In this document: positions 20,405 through 30,996 of the stretch, one piece after another
Layout of the letters: every line of letters starts with the position of its first letter
Position numbering within the stretch: the stretch's first letter is position 1
Source: Fimbriimonadales bacterium
GTDB taxonomy: Bacteria > Armatimonadota > Fimbriimonadia > Fimbriimonadales > JABRVX01
Length of the DNA: 64,000 nucleotides
Assembly (NCBI GenBank): GCA_045862955.1
Contig: BTVI01000013.1
Span: forward strand, 16,124-80,123
Direction: 5' to 3'
The notes under the pieces: model-generated
Told to the model about the DNA's origin: nothing
The model's input: only the letters and a program-made list of their open reading frames with translations
Database searches by the model: none
Translations under genes and position numbers: made by a program

Positions 20405-21544
20405 ATGCGCTACCGGTTCTCCGGCAGCTTGGTCGAGCCCACGAAGAGGCAGAGGGAAGACGCCGCATGGTCGGTAACCGTCTGGGACAGCGGCCGAACG
20501 ACCATCCGCCTACACTTCACCTTCCTTCTGCTCTTCGCATGGCTTGGCTACCACTCGCTTCAGGGGCCCGATCACGCGCACGGCGCGCTGTTTCTCCTCG
20601 GGGTGCTCGGTAGTTTCGTCGTCCACGATGCAGCGCATGCAGCAGTGGCCCTCGGGCGTCGCTGTACGGTCCGGGACCTCGTGGTGTATCCTCTCGGTGG
20701 ATCCCCCAGCTTCGACCGCAAAGCGGCTCCCGTCGAGGATGTGCTCGTGTACTTGGCCGGACCGCTGGCCAACGCTGTGGTCGCCGCCCTTCTCTTCTGG
20801 ATCTGCGAGTTGACAGGGCCCGTTCTCCCCTTCGATCGGCTCATCGAGGCTCCCGGACACTGGCTGGAGAAGCTGATGTTCTTCAACTTCACCCTGGCGG
20901 TGCTGAACCTATACCCCGGCTACCCCGCGGACGGCGGACGCGTGCTGAGGGCTACGCTATCGCCCCGGCTGGGGCAGGGAAGGGCTGCGATGATTGCGGC
21001 AGCGCTGGGGCACGGCGCAGGAATGCTGGCGGGCCTGTACGCCGCACTCGGGCATCCGTACCTCCTTTTCTTCACCGTATTCATGATCCTCGGGGCCGGC
21101 GCCGAACTGGGCCTCACGCACCACAGGGAGCTAGTGGAGGGTGCCTCCGTCGAAGAAGCGATGATCACTAACTTCACCAGTCTGTCGCCAGCCGACACAC
21201 TTGGTCACGCTTGCGAGATTCTCGTGCGTGGCTCCCAGCAAGACTTCCCGGTGGTGCACGAAGGGCGACTGCTAGGAATGCTCTCCAGGGACGACCTTTT
21301 GCGCGGATTGGGACGTGAAGGCAGGTTGGGTTACGTTGCGGGGGCGATGCGCCGTGAGTTCCCGCACGCAACTCCGTCTATGGACCTCAGCGACCTGATC
21401 GACCTGTTCGAGGACCACGGTGCGGACGTATTACCGGTACTAGACGGCGAGCACGTCGTGGGGATCATTACGCCCGAGAACGTGGGTGAGTACCTCGCTG
21501 TGAAAAGGCACTCACCCACGAATCCGGAGGAGAGGAGAACGTGA
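20405..21544 (+). CDS. M50 site-2 protease family with tandem CBS domains
   Basis: IRLHFTF, HDAAH, AGPLAN, NLYPGYPADGGR, two CBS domains. Confidence 0.88.
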   Translation: MRYRFSGSLVEPTKRQREDAAWSVTVWDSGRTTIRLHFTFLLLFAWLGYHSLQGPDHAHGALFLLGVLGSFVVHDAAHAAVALGRRCTVRDLVVYPLGGSPSFDRKAAPVEDVLVYLAGPLANAVVAALLFWICELTGPVLPFDRLIEAPGHWLEKLMFFNFTLAVLNLYPGYPADGGRVLRATLSPRLGQGRAAMIAAALGHGAGMLAGLYAALGHPYLLFFTVFMILGAGAELGLTHHRELVEGASVEEAMITNFTSLSPADTLGHACEILVRGSQQDFPVVHEGRLLGMLSRDDLLRGLGREGRLGYVAGAMRREFPHATPSMDLSDLIDLFEDHGADVLPVLDGEHVVGIITPENVGEYLAVKRHSPTNPEERRT

Positions 21545-21545
21545 C

Positions 21546-21983
21546 TTACTTCCGCTTCGCTGCCGCGCGTAGGGCAGAGTCCATCATCTCCGTCAGCTGC
21601 TTCGCGTCCTTGTAGCCGACCGCCCGGCTGATTTGTGTGCCATCGGGGTGAAGGAAGAGCAAAGTCGGAACGGCTTCCACCTTGTGCTTGCGCGCGAGGT
21701 CTTGCTGCTGGTCAATGTCGATCAGCACCATAACGAAGGATGCCGACTTCTTGACGACGGACGGATCCTTGTAGGTGCCCTTCAGCATTCGCTGACAGGG
21801 ACCGCACCACTCCGCCGCGAAGTCCACTAGTACGGGCTTGTTCTGCGACTTGGCCAGCTTCAGTCCTTCGTCCAATTTGGTGATCCACTTGACTTCGGTC
21901 GGTTCACCGGCAGAATTCTTACCCTGCGAAATGACCACTCCGAGCAAGGCCAAACTAAGTGCGAGAACTGCGAGAACGCGCAT
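21546..21983 (-). CDS. Exported thioredoxin-family protein
   Basis: Signal peptide, WCGPC, cis-Pro VPT; GGAGG SD. Confidence 0.9.
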   Translation of the reverse strand: MRVLAVLALSLALLGVVISQGKNSAGEPTEVKWITKLDEGLKLAKSQNKPVLVDFAAEWCGPCQRMLKGTYKDPSVVKKSASFVMVLIDIDQQQDLARKHKVEAVPTLLFLHPDGTQISRAVGYKDAKQLTEMMDSALRAAAKRK

Positions 21984-22286
21984 GAAGACACCTCCGATGA
22001 CAATGTTTTCTCATTCATACGTCGGAGAGCATACTAGAGTCTCACACCCAGGTTCGAGGGATGCTTCGAAGAAGGGCAGCGCCTCCACGACGGAAGCCGG
22101 GGCCTTCGTTCTTCTCAATCGTCAACGAGGTTGCTGGCGTGCTGAACGCGTCACTCTACCAGCGCTCTGGGATTGACTGCCTCGACGCCGCTTGCGTACG
22201 GCGCTGGGGTTCGACGGGTGTAACTAGCGTGAGCATACAGCACGAGCGGCGGAGGCATGCCCGCCCAATGCGAAGGAGCGGACCCG

Positions 22287-24182
22287 ATGGAGTTCGTACT
22301 CGACAACGGAAAACTGCGCGCGGAATGGAGGCTGGCCGATGGTGGGCTGGTCCGAGGGGCAGTCGCGAACCGTGAGATAGGGGCGTCTTTGCCGCCGGCC
22401 TCGGCGTCCTTTGAACTGGACATCAACGGGGAGGCGATCCCCTCGAGCGATCTGGTGCTCACCCGGGCGCCCTCGGCTGCAGTGCGCCGAGGGGAGCCCG
22501 GCGCGGCCCGAATCGCAGACCGAGAGGACACGGATGTGCTCGACGCACGCTTCGCGCTCGAGCGCCTCGGACTGGAAGTCGAGTGGCAGGCTTCCTTGGG
22601 CCGTAGTGCCCGCTACCTCCGGCAGACCGTGACGCTATCGGCCCTGGGACGCCCGGTAGACCTCAGACGCGTCACGCTCGTCCGTCTCCCGGCAGAGGCA
22701 GCGGTGGGCGGGTCCGTGCCCGGGTCGCCTCAGGTGTTCGGGCATGCCTACGCAGCACTGGAGCACCCGATGGCGGAGAGCCGATTCGAGGCACACGCAG
22801 CGACCAGCTCGCTCCGGCTCCGCTTGCCACTACAGCCGGGCGCCCCGCTAACCGTGACCGCCGTCATGGGGTTCGCCCGCACCGGGCAGCTTCGCCGCGA
22901 CTTCGGCGAGTACATCGAACGCCAGCGGCCACGCCCATATCGGCCGTTGCTGCACTATAACTCGTGGTACGACCTCGGGTTCTTCACTCCGTTCGATGAG
23001 AAAGCCGCGCTCGAAGCCATCGAGGCCTACGGCGAGGAGCTGGTGCGCAAGCGCGGCGTGCCGATGGATGGCTTCCTGTTCGATGATGGGTGGGACGACC
23101 CGAGGACGCTCTGGGGATTTCACGAGGGTTTCCCCAACGGCTTCTCACGGGTTCGCGAAGCAGCCGAGGCCATCGGTGCTGCCGCGGGCGTGTGGCTATC
23201 GCCCTGGGGTGGCTACAGTACGCCGAAGCAGCGACGCCTGGCGTATGCGCGTGAGCAAGGCTTCGAAACGAACGAGCATGGGCTGGCACTTTCCGGCCCT
23301 GTCTACTACGAGCGGTTCCGCGAGGTGTGCAGCCGGTTCGTCACCGAGTACGGCGTCAATCACTTCAAATTCGACGGTACGGGTGATGCAGGCACGGTAG
23401 CTCCCGGCAGCCGCTTCGGCAGCGACTTCGATGCCGCCATCGAGCTGATCCGCGAGCTGAGACGGCTCCGGGGTGACCTGTACGTGAACCTGACTACCGG
23501 CACCTGGGCCTCGCCGTTCTGGCTTCTGCATGCGGACTCCATCTGGCGCGGAGGAGAGGACTACGGCTTCCACGGGCCGGGCACCAAGCGGCAGCAGTGG
23601 ATCACTTATCGGGACGCCGCGACTTACGCCAACGTGGTCCGCGCCGGGCCACTGTTTCCCCTCAACTCGCTGATGCTGCACGGTGTCACTTTCGCGCCAC
23701 ACGCACCGGAGTTGGCCGACGATCCCGGCAACGATCTGCCGTGCGAGATCTGGTCGCTGTTCGCCTCCGGCACGCAGTTGCTCGAGCTATACGTGTCGCC
23801 GTCGCTGATGACGGACGAGCGATGGGACCTACTGGCGGCGGCCGCTCGTTGGGTTCGGAGCCGAGCCGAAGGGCTTCGCGACACGCACTGGGTCGGCGGC
23901 GATCCGGGCGACATGGAGCCGTACGGGTGGGCTAGCTGGTCACCGGAGAAGCAAGTGCTCTGCCTCCGCAACCCGTCGGATGCGCCACGGGCCTTCCCAG
24001 TGTGCCCACGCTTGGTGTGGCAGCCGCCAGCCCTCGAGTCGTTCTACCGCTTTCAGACGGTATGGCGCTCACACGGCGCAGGAGAGCCCTTCGTGCTTGG
24101 GGCCGACGAGGAGCACCCGATGGCCCTCGCACCCTACGAGGTAGTGGTGCTCGAGGCTGCGCCCGCCACGAGTGTCCACTGA
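22287..24182 (+). CDS. Glycoside hydrolase clan-D-like (GH36/27-like) TIM-barrel protein
   Basis: HYNSWYD, FLFDDGWD, GVWLSPWGGY, HFKFDG, IWRG. Confidence 0.7.
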   Translation: MEFVLDNGKLRAEWRLADGGLVRGAVANREIGASLPPASASFELDINGEAIPSSDLVLTRAPSAAVRRGEPGAARIADREDTDVLDARFALERLGLEVEWQASLGRSARYLRQTVTLSALGRPVDLRRVTLVRLPAEAAVGGSVPGSPQVFGHAYAALEHPMAESRFEAHAATSSLRLRLPLQPGAPLTVTAVMGFARTGQLRRDFGEYIERQRPRPYRPLLHYNSWYDLGFFTPFDEKAALEAIEAYGEELVRKRGVPMDGFLFDDGWDDPRTLWGFHEGFPNGFSRVREAAEAIGAAAGVWLSPWGGYSTPKQRRLAYAREQGFETNEHGLALSGPVYYERFREVCSRFVTEYGVNHFKFDGTGDAGTVAPGSRFGSDFDAAIELIRELRRLRGDLYVNLTTGTWASPFWLLHADSIWRGGEDYGFHGPGTKRQQWITYRDAATYANVVRAGPLFPLNSLMLHGVTFAPHAPELADDPGNDLPCEIWSLFASGTQLLELYVSPSLMTDERWDLLAAAARWVRSRAEGLRDTHWVGGDPGDMEPYGWASWSPEKQVLCLRNPSDAPRAFPVCPRLVWQPPALESFYRFQTVWRSHGAGEPFVLGADEEHPMALAPYEVVVLEAAPATSVH

Positions 24183-24216
24183 CTGCGGAAGCAGTGGGAG
24201 TGGCCACGGACACGCA

Positions 24217-24284
24217 TCGCCGGGACGGCGTAATCCCGGCTTCTGGCCGGACAAGCTGCGTTGCCGGGACGGCGAAAATACGGG
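24217..24284 (+). repeat. Copy of ~60-bp intergenic repeat family C
   Basis: Contains GCCGGGACGGCG twice and GCCGGGACGGCGAAAATACGGG; similar to 30924-30983 and 43782-43841. Confidence 0.6.
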
Positions 24285-24295
24285 AGTCGGCGTTG

Positions 24296-25573
24296 CTACC
24301 GCAGGAACAACTCGATCACCGGAACCGCCACACGAGGGCGAAGGATTGGTAACCGCAACGTAAGCAGACCCGGCACATCGTGCTCGTGGCCCCCACGCTC
24401 CACCATCTGCACTTCCGAGCCGTCGTTGAGCAGCTGGGCGTACTCCACCTTGCCCGCGTATCCCTCCAGATGCAGGTCGCGGATGGGCCACGCGAGCACG
24501 TGGACGTACAACCGGTTGGTTTCCGGATTGTAGGTTAGGCGGCAGTCCTGAGGAGTCGTAAAGCCCTCGGGTGCCTCCGTGCAGCCATAAATGGCCCTCG
24601 AATGGCGCTTCATCCACTCGCCGAGTCCAGTCAGTCGGTCCATCGCCCGGTCATCGAACTCCCCGCGTGCGGTTGGTCCCACGTTGAGCAGCAGGTTACC
24701 GCCCTTGCTTACGGTGTCGACCAGCAGCAAGACGAGCTGCTCCACGCTCTTCCAAGTAGCCTCGTCGCGGTGGTAGCCCCACGAGCCAGAAAAGGTCTGG
24801 CAGGTCTCCCACAGTACCTTCTTGCCGTCTCGCTCCGGACACTCCCGGGCCATGAACTGCTCGGGCGTCAAGAAGTCCCACCCGCCTGGCACCTCCATCA
24901 GGTCCAGCCGGTCGTTCACGATGATCTCGGGCTGCAGTTCGCGGGTCATCTTCAGCAGACTCTCCGATTGCCAGTCATCCCGCCCTTTGCCGTCTGGGCC
25001 GGGGTAGGAGAAGTCGTAGAAGATGTAATCTATCTTCCCGTACTGCGTCAGCAGCTCACGTACCTGGTGATGTAGGTACTCGGCGTACCGCCTTACCTCC
25101 CGGCCTTCGTTGGCCTTGCGGAACTCGGCGTCCTCGCGCATCGGGTGAAAACGGTCCACGGGGAAATCCGGGTGGTGCCAGTCGATCAACGAATGGTAAA
25201 AGCCCACGCGCAGACCTTCTGCGCGGAATGCCTCCACCATGGGTCGGATCAGGTCCTTGCCGTAGGGGGTGTTGGTTACCTTGTAGTCGGTGTATGCGCT
25301 GTCCCAAAGGCAGAAGCCTTCATGGTGCTTCGTGGTGATAACGAAATAGGTCATCCCAGCATTCTTTGCAGCCCGCGCCCAAGCTTTCGGGTCGTATAGG
25401 TCGGGATCGAAGTGACGGAAGTAGGTGTCGTATTGCTCGTCTGGGATCCGTTCGGCGCTCTTCACCCACTCGTGCCTGGCCGGGAGAGCGTAAAGGCCCC
25501 AGTGAATGAACATCCCGAACCTGCCGTGCGTGAACCAACTCCAGTGGTCGGGTACCGATGGCGTGTGGGTCAT
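24296..25573 (-). CDS. Alpha-L-fucosidase, GH29
   Basis: RFGMFIHWG, TTKHHEGFCLW, IIVNDR, WETCQT, GGNLLLNVGP; GAGGAG SD. Confidence 0.92.
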   Translation of the reverse strand: MTHTPSVPDHWSWFTHGRFGMFIHWGLYALPARHEWVKSAERIPDEQYDTYFRHFDPDLYDPKAWARAAKNAGMTYFVITTKHHEGFCLWDSAYTDYKVTNTPYGKDLIRPMVEAFRAEGLRVGFYHSLIDWHHPDFPVDRFHPMREDAEFRKANEGREVRRYAEYLHHQVRELLTQYGKIDYIFYDFSYPGPDGKGRDDWQSESLLKMTRELQPEIIVNDRLDLMEVPGGWDFLTPEQFMARECPERDGKKVLWETCQTFSGSWGYHRDEATWKSVEQLVLLLVDTVSKGGNLLLNVGPTARGEFDDRAMDRLTGLGEWMKRHSRAIYGCTEAPEGFTTPQDCRLTYNPETNRLYVHVLAWPIRDLHLEGYAGKVEYAQLLNDGSEVQMVERGGHEHDVPGLLTLRLPILRPRVAVPVIELFLR

Positions 25574-25715
25574 AGCTGAACTCCTCTGATCGCCGCGTCG
25601 TGAAAAATGGGGCGATCCAGGCTCGATTCGCTGCCCGGGCCACCCTCCCTGCAGACGTAGCCCGCCTCCACGATTCGTGGTTTCTTACTGTAAAGCAACC
25701 CCAGGTTCTGCGTTC

Positions 25716-25725
25716 GCAACGTTGC
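25716..25725. promoter_or_regulatory. LacI-family-like operator palindrome upstream of the fucosidase
   Basis: GCAACGTTGC perfect palindrome with central CG. Confidence 0.4.
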
Positions 25726-25825
25726 ACCGTTAGCCGATAATGGGATTGGATGGGTGGCCTCCCGCGAGCACACGCGGCAGTCGAGCCTGTCGCACGCGGC
25801 TCCGCCTGCATCCTGAGGGGCGACA

Positions 25826-28800
25826 TTGGTACAGTCTTCGTCGGACACCGCTACGCTACTGGGCCATGCCGACTACTGGCTGTTCCTGGCCGGTCTCGGA
25901 CTCCTCTCGTTGTCATGGAGCGGTCTCAAGGCCAGGCGAGCCGGGCTAGCCGGTGCCCCATGGATCTGGCTCGTCTGGTCAGCCGCCCTAGCAGGGGCCT
26001 GGCGCTGGCAACAACTCCTCGTCTCCTGCTTCGGCGATTCGCCGGTATCCCGTTTCCTGGGTAGCGCTGCGCTCGCTGCCGTTCCCGTGCTCTACTTCGA
26101 GTTCGCTCGGCGCTCGGCGCGGCTCGTCGGCGTCCCGGGGGCCCTGACCAAGCATGCTTGGCCCGTCGCTGCAGGCATCTCCCTGCTCGCCTTTCTCGCA
26201 TCCGACGTAGAGGCGACGGCGATCTCCGTGGGGCTGCTGGGCTGTGCCTGCTGTCTCCTGGGGCTGGTGGCGGCACAGCGCCTCGCGGTCCCATCCTCCG
26301 GCCAGGGGCGCGTACTGCGGCTGTCGATCGCAGCCACTGCCTTACTCAGCCTTCATATCACACTCTCCGGGCCACTCCAAGCCGCATCGAGTTATGCCGA
26401 GAGCCTTAGTCCCGGCACCAGTGCTGTCGCGTTCGCCATCACAGCACTGCTGTCGGCCACCGCTGCTTGGGGGCTGGGACGATGCATGTTAGTCCCATCC
26501 GGAACGCGCCAAGCTTGGGGTGTACCGGTGATCATCGCATCGGTATTGCTCGTCGGCTGGATCGCGGTTGTAGAAGTGGGCAACGCGTCGGACCGAGCTT
26601 TTCGAGAGAACATGAAGACTAGGGTGCTCTCCGCCGCGAGCGGCCTGCCCCCATCCCTCGTTGCCTCCCTCGCTGGCACGAAGGCGGACACGCAGACGAG
26701 GGAATACCGAACGCTGAAGCGCACGCTGATCAAGCTTTTGACAGCCGACCCCAGGACATCCTTCGCCTATGTGATGGCGCTGAAGGAAGGCAAAGTCGTG
26801 TTTCTCGCGGATGCTGAGCCCGATGCATCGCCGGACGTATCACTTCCGGGTGATGTGTACGAGAACAGCTCACCGGCGCTGTTGACCGCGTTCAACTCGG
26901 GCGAGGCCTTCGTCGAAGGGCCTGCCGGCGACCAGTGGGGGACGTGGATCAGCGCGTTTGCACCCATCCGTCTCGAAGGGGAATCGCGGCCACTGGCACT
27001 GCTGGGTATAGATGCCGATGCGCTGCTGTGGAAGAGCACGCTGTCCAAGGCCCGTGTAGCGGCGATCACCCTGGTTCTTCTTCTCTCCCTCGCCACTGCA
27101 GCGGTGGGTGCCGCGCAGCGTCAGACGCTGGATCGGGCGCTGGCCGAGTCCCGCAGGCAGTATGAGACTCTGGTCCGCGGATCTCCTAACATGGTTGCTC
27201 TGCTAGATCGTCACGGCAACGTTGTCTCTATCAACGAGAAGGGCCGCGAGTACCTCGGTCTCGACCACACGCTGGACGCGGGGACGCCTTTCGAGCGACT
27301 CTGGCCAGAAGAGCTGCGGCCGAGAGTGTCTCAAGCTGTCGAGGCGTGTGCGCGGGGCGAAGCCGGCAGGTACGAAGTGTCCGTTCCCGGCCCAGACGGA
27401 GTACGCCACCTGTCTCTTGCGGTCTGCCCCGTCTCGGATTCCGTCGGAGGCATCGAGGGGATCATCTGCACCGGCTCAGACGTCTCCGAGCTGTCTCACG
27501 CCCGATCGGAGGTTCAGGCACAGGCGGCATTCCTTCGGGGGCTGCTGGACACCATGCCGAACTTCATAGCGGCAAAGGACCTCGAAGGCAGGTTCACCTG
27601 CTGCAACCTCGCGACAGCGCGTTTCCTGCGCTTGGACCCGGAGGAGCTGCTCGGCAAGACCGCACACGACGTCCTGCCACGAGAGGTAGCCGACGAGCTG
27701 GCGAGTTCGGAGGATCAGTTATTGGCCACCGGCGGGCGAGCGATGCACGAGGTGCGAGTGGCCGGACCGGACGGCGATCTTCGCGATCTGCTGGTCACCA
27801 AGGGGCTGTACTTCGATGCCGAAGGCTACCCCGCCGGCTTCGTCTGGGTCGGCTTCGACATCACGGAGCGAAAGCAAACAGAAAGACTTCTCAGGGAGAG
27901 CGAGGAGCGAGTGCGCGCCATGGCCGGTGCGGCCATGGATGCCGTGGTCATGATAGATGGCAATGGCCACATCTCCTTCTGGAACCAGGCAGCAGCCGCC
28001 ATGTTCGGGTATTCCGAAGAAGAGGCGCTCGGCAAGCCGGTTCACGGTCTGCTTGCACCGGCCCGTTTCCGCGCTGCGGCGTCGGCTGGCTTGGAGAGGT
28101 TCCGGCAAACTGCAACGGGCCCCCTTGTCGGCAAAGTCTTGGAGGTGCAAGCACTCCGAAAGAACGGCGAGGAATTCACGATAGAGCTCTCCGTTGCACC
28201 CGTGCGAATAGGCCAGTCCTGGCACGCGGTCGGCATCGTCCGCGACATCACCGAGCGCAAAGCCGCCGAGGAGGAGAGGCGCCTTCTCGCTGAGGTCGTT
28301 CAGCAGTCCGAGGCAGGTGTGCTGATCACCGACCCGGCAGGCCGACCGTTGTACGCCAACGCGGCTTTCGAGCAGCTCACGGGCCTGTCCGCGGCGAGCC
28401 TCTGCGCAGGCAATGCTATTGGTGCCGCTTTGGTACCCGATTCGCTTACCGAAGCCATCCAACACATTATGGAGGGCCACAACTTCTGGCAAGGCGTGGT
28501 CAACGCGCAGCGTGCCAACGCCGAGCATTACCGCGCTGACGTGCAGGCATTTCCGGTGCGCCAGCCGTCGGGAGGTCTCGCGGCGATCGTGTGCATGCAG
28601 CGCGATATCAGTCACCAGGAGGCTCTCGAGGCACAGCTCCGCCTGGCGCAGAAGATGACTGCCATCGGCCAGCTCGCTGCAGGTATTGCACACGAGATCA
28701 ACACGCCGATCCAGTACGTCGCCGACAATACACGCTTCCTGCAGACTAGCTTCTCCCACATCCTCGACCTGATTCAGAGATTTCAGGACCTCGCAGCTGC

Positions 28801-29479
28801 CGCCAAGCAGCAGGCAGGCACCGACGAGGCGATGGCGGCTTTGGAGGCAGAGCTCGAGCGCGTGGACATCGCGTTCCTGGCGGAAGAAGTTCCCGCAGCG
28901 ACCCAGGAGGCGCTGGAAGGCTTGGATCGAGTCGCGCGGATCGTCCGGGCGATGAAGGAGTTCGCCCATCCCGGGGGTAGCGAGAAGCAACCGACCGACA
29001 TCAACGCCGCCGTGTCGACCACGCTCACGGTATCACGCAATGTGTGGAAGTATGTTGCTGACCTGCAGACCCACCTCGACCAGGACCTCCCCACAGTGGA
29101 TTGCCATCCGGGAGACGTCCATCAAATCCTGCTGAACCTGATCGTCAACGCCGCGCAGGCCATAGAGGAGCGCGTCGGCACCGGCTCGGAAGAGAAGGGA
29201 ACGATCACGGTGCGTACCGCCGTAGGGCCAGACTGCGTTACGCTGAGCGTGACCGACGACGGCTGCGGGATCCCCGCCGACATCCGCGACCGAATCTTCG
29301 AGCCGTTCTTTACCACCAAGGAAGTAGGCAAGGGCACGGGACAAGGACTGTGGATTGCCCACTCACTCGCCGCGAAACACGGAGGAACACTCGACGTCGA
29401 GTCCGAACCGGGCAAGACCACCTTCACTCTGTCGCTCCCCTTGACAACACAGGAAGTTGCCAACCAGGAGGTTGCATGA
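25826..29479 (+). CDS. Membrane-bound multi-PAS sensor histidine kinase
   Basis: N-terminal TM bundle, Cache-like loop (DQWGTWISAFAPI), about four PAS/PAC, AHEINTP, NAAQA, GKGTGQGL. Confidence 0.9.
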   Translation: MVQSSSDTATLLGHADYWLFLAGLGLLSLSWSGLKARRAGLAGAPWIWLVWSAALAGAWRWQQLLVSCFGDSPVSRFLGSAALAAVPVLYFEFARRSARLVGVPGALTKHAWPVAAGISLLAFLASDVEATAISVGLLGCACCLLGLVAAQRLAVPSSGQGRVLRLSIAATALLSLHITLSGPLQAASSYAESLSPGTSAVAFAITALLSATAAWGLGRCMLVPSGTRQAWGVPVIIASVLLVGWIAVVEVGNASDRAFRENMKTRVLSAASGLPPSLVASLAGTKADTQTREYRTLKRTLIKLLTADPRTSFAYVMALKEGKVVFLADAEPDASPDVSLPGDVYENSSPALLTAFNSGEAFVEGPAGDQWGTWISAFAPIRLEGESRPLALLGIDADALLWKSTLSKARVAAITLVLLLSLATAAVGAAQRQTLDRALAESRRQYETLVRGSPNMVALLDRHGNVVSINEKGREYLGLDHTLDAGTPFERLWPEELRPRVSQAVEACARGEAGRYEVSVPGPDGVRHLSLAVCPVSDSVGGIEGIICTGSDVSELSHARSEVQAQAAFLRGLLDTMPNFIAAKDLEGRFTCCNLATARFLRLDPEELLGKTAHDVLPREVADELASSEDQLLATGGRAMHEVRVAGPDGDLRDLLVTKGLYFDAEGYPAGFVWVGFDITERKQTERLLRESEERVRAMAGAAMDAVVMIDGNGHISFWNQAAAAMFGYSEEEALGKPVHGLLAPARFRAAASAGLERFRQTATGPLVGKVLEVQALRKNGEEFTIELSVAPVRIGQSWHAVGIVRDITERKAAEEERRLLAEVVQQSEAGVLITDPAGRPLYANAAFEQLTGLSAASLCAGNAIGAALVPDSLTEAIQHIMEGHNFWQGVVNAQRANAEHYRADVQAFPVRQPSGGLAAIVCMQRDISHQEALEAQLRLAQKMTAIGQLAAGIAHEINTPIQYVADNTRFLQTSFSHILDLIQRFQDLAAAAKQQAGTDEAMAALEAELERVDIAFLAEEVPAATQEALEGLDRVARIVRAMKEFAHPGGSEKQPTDINAAVSTTLTVSRNVWKYVADLQTHLDQDLPTVDCHPGDVHQILLNLIVNAAQAIEERVGTGSEEKGTITVRTAVGPDCVTLSVTDDGCGIPADIRDRIFEPFFTTKEVGKGTGQGLWIAHSLAAKHGGTLDVESEPGKTTFTLSLPLTTQEVANQEVA

Positions 29480-30615
29480 CGGGACGAGTCTTGTTCGTGG
29501 ACGACGAAAATCGCTTCTTAGAAGGGCTTCGACGGACCCTCGCAGTGGATGCTCCCGACCTCGAGCTCGCCTTCGCTAACTCGGTGGACCAGGCGATCGA
29601 GGTGATCCTGACCCGGCCGCCGGACGCGGTTGTCACCGACGTGCGCATGCCAGGCAAAGACGGTCTACAACTGGTCGCCTGGATCCATAGCCAAGAAGGT
29701 CCCCGGCGTATCCCCACTGCAGTGCTCACCGGCTCGGGCGATACCGACCTCAAGCGGCGAGCTCTGGACCTGGGGGCCACCGACCTGCTGAACAAACCCG
29801 TCGAACCCGAGGAGCTTCGAGCACGCCTACGCAGCATGTTGCGCATCAAGCAGTATGAGGACGAGCTGCGGGCCCTCAACGCAGAGCTCGAGCAGCGGGT
29901 CGTTCGCCGTACGCTGCAGCTCGAGAGGGCTAGGCTCGACGTCGTGTGGCGACTCGCGAAGGCAGCCGAGTTCCGAGATGCCCAGACCGGCAACCACGTC
30001 ATCCGTGTCGCTCTGGCCAGCAGGACCATCGCTTCGACCCTCGGGCTATCCGAGCGTTTCGCGCAATTGCTCTCCATCGCCGCTCCTCTCCACGACATAG
30101 GCAAAATTGGGATACCGGACAGTATCTTGCTGAAGCCAGGCAAGCTGTCACCCGACGAACGCCGTATCATGGAGGAGCACACTCTCATCGGGGCAGAGAT
30201 CCTGAAGCCATCACCCACGAACACCGCCTGGTTCACCCAGGCCATCGCCCCTGGCGCGCAGCTAGCAGACGAGGATGAAGCCAACGAGTTCCTAGCCATG
30301 GCCTCACGCCTCGCCCTCTGCCATCACGAGAAGTGGGACGGCTCCGGCTACCCACACGGGCTCCGAGGCGAGGACATTCCGATAGAAGCTCGCATCCTCG
30401 CGGTGTGCGATGTGTGGGACGCCCTCCGCTCGGAACGCCCCTACAAACGCGCTCTCGGTGAGGCCGAGACCCTCGAGATCATGCGAAGGGAACGAGGTGC
30501 GCACTTCGACCCGACGGTGTACGACGCGTTCGAACGCTCATCACACGTGCTGCAAGCCATACGGACAGACTTCGCGGACCAAGCGGGCGATCAGCCGCTC
30601 GCCGAAGCTGCGTAA
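29476..30615 (+). CDS. Response regulator with intact HD-GYP domain (RpfG-like c-di-GMP phosphodiesterase)
   Basis: FVDDE/TDVRMP; LHDIGKIG, HHEKWDGSGYP, RPYK; ATGA overlap with kinase. Confidence 0.92.
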   Translation: MTGRVLFVDDENRFLEGLRRTLAVDAPDLELAFANSVDQAIEVILTRPPDAVVTDVRMPGKDGLQLVAWIHSQEGPRRIPTAVLTGSGDTDLKRRALDLGATDLLNKPVEPEELRARLRSMLRIKQYEDELRALNAELEQRVVRRTLQLERARLDVVWRLAKAAEFRDAQTGNHVIRVALASRTIASTLGLSERFAQLLSIAAPLHDIGKIGIPDSILLKPGKLSPDERRIMEEHTLIGAEILKPSPTNTAWFTQAIAPGAQLADEDEANEFLAMASRLALCHHEKWDGSGYPHGLRGEDIPIEARILAVCDVWDALRSERPYKRALGEAETLEIMRRERGAHFDPTVYDAFERSSHVLQAIRTDFADQAGDQPLAEAA

Positions 30616-30923
30616 AGGCGCAGAGAGCTACTATGGCTCACGATGCCCCACCGTCGGCTTCGTACGGATGACCGCGGAAGGGCAGGCGGACCGAGGGAAG
30701 GCGGGCTGCACCGCACCGACTCCGGTCGCCGGCGACGCGCTGCTTAGCTTTCGTTCTCCCGCCCGTCTCAACGTACACGAGCTCCTCGCTCCTCGGGCGC
30801 GGGGCCACGGTCCATGCCGCCACTGCTCCTGCAGTGCAGGCTACTCCACACCCTGGGCAGCGCCCGAGGGTTCCACTGCAGAGGTTGGTGGCAGCATGAG
30901 GTGCGATGGGAGGAGACGGCGGA

Positions 30924-30983
30924 GTTCCGGCGTCTCTCCGGAGTTCCATTCGCCGGAGCGGCGAGATTACGGGCGCCCCGTCG
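30924..30983 (+). repeat. Copy of ~60-bp intergenic repeat family C
   Basis: GTTCCGGCGTCTCTCCGGAG..TCGCCGGAGCGGCGAGATTACGGGCG aligns without gaps to the reverse complement of 43782-43841. Confidence 0.65.
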
Positions 30984-30996
30984 GGGATCGAAGTCC

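Noticed and set aside
30638..30949. Small ORF between the convergent response regulators
   Set aside because: No SD or recognisable motif and it starts within a repeat copy
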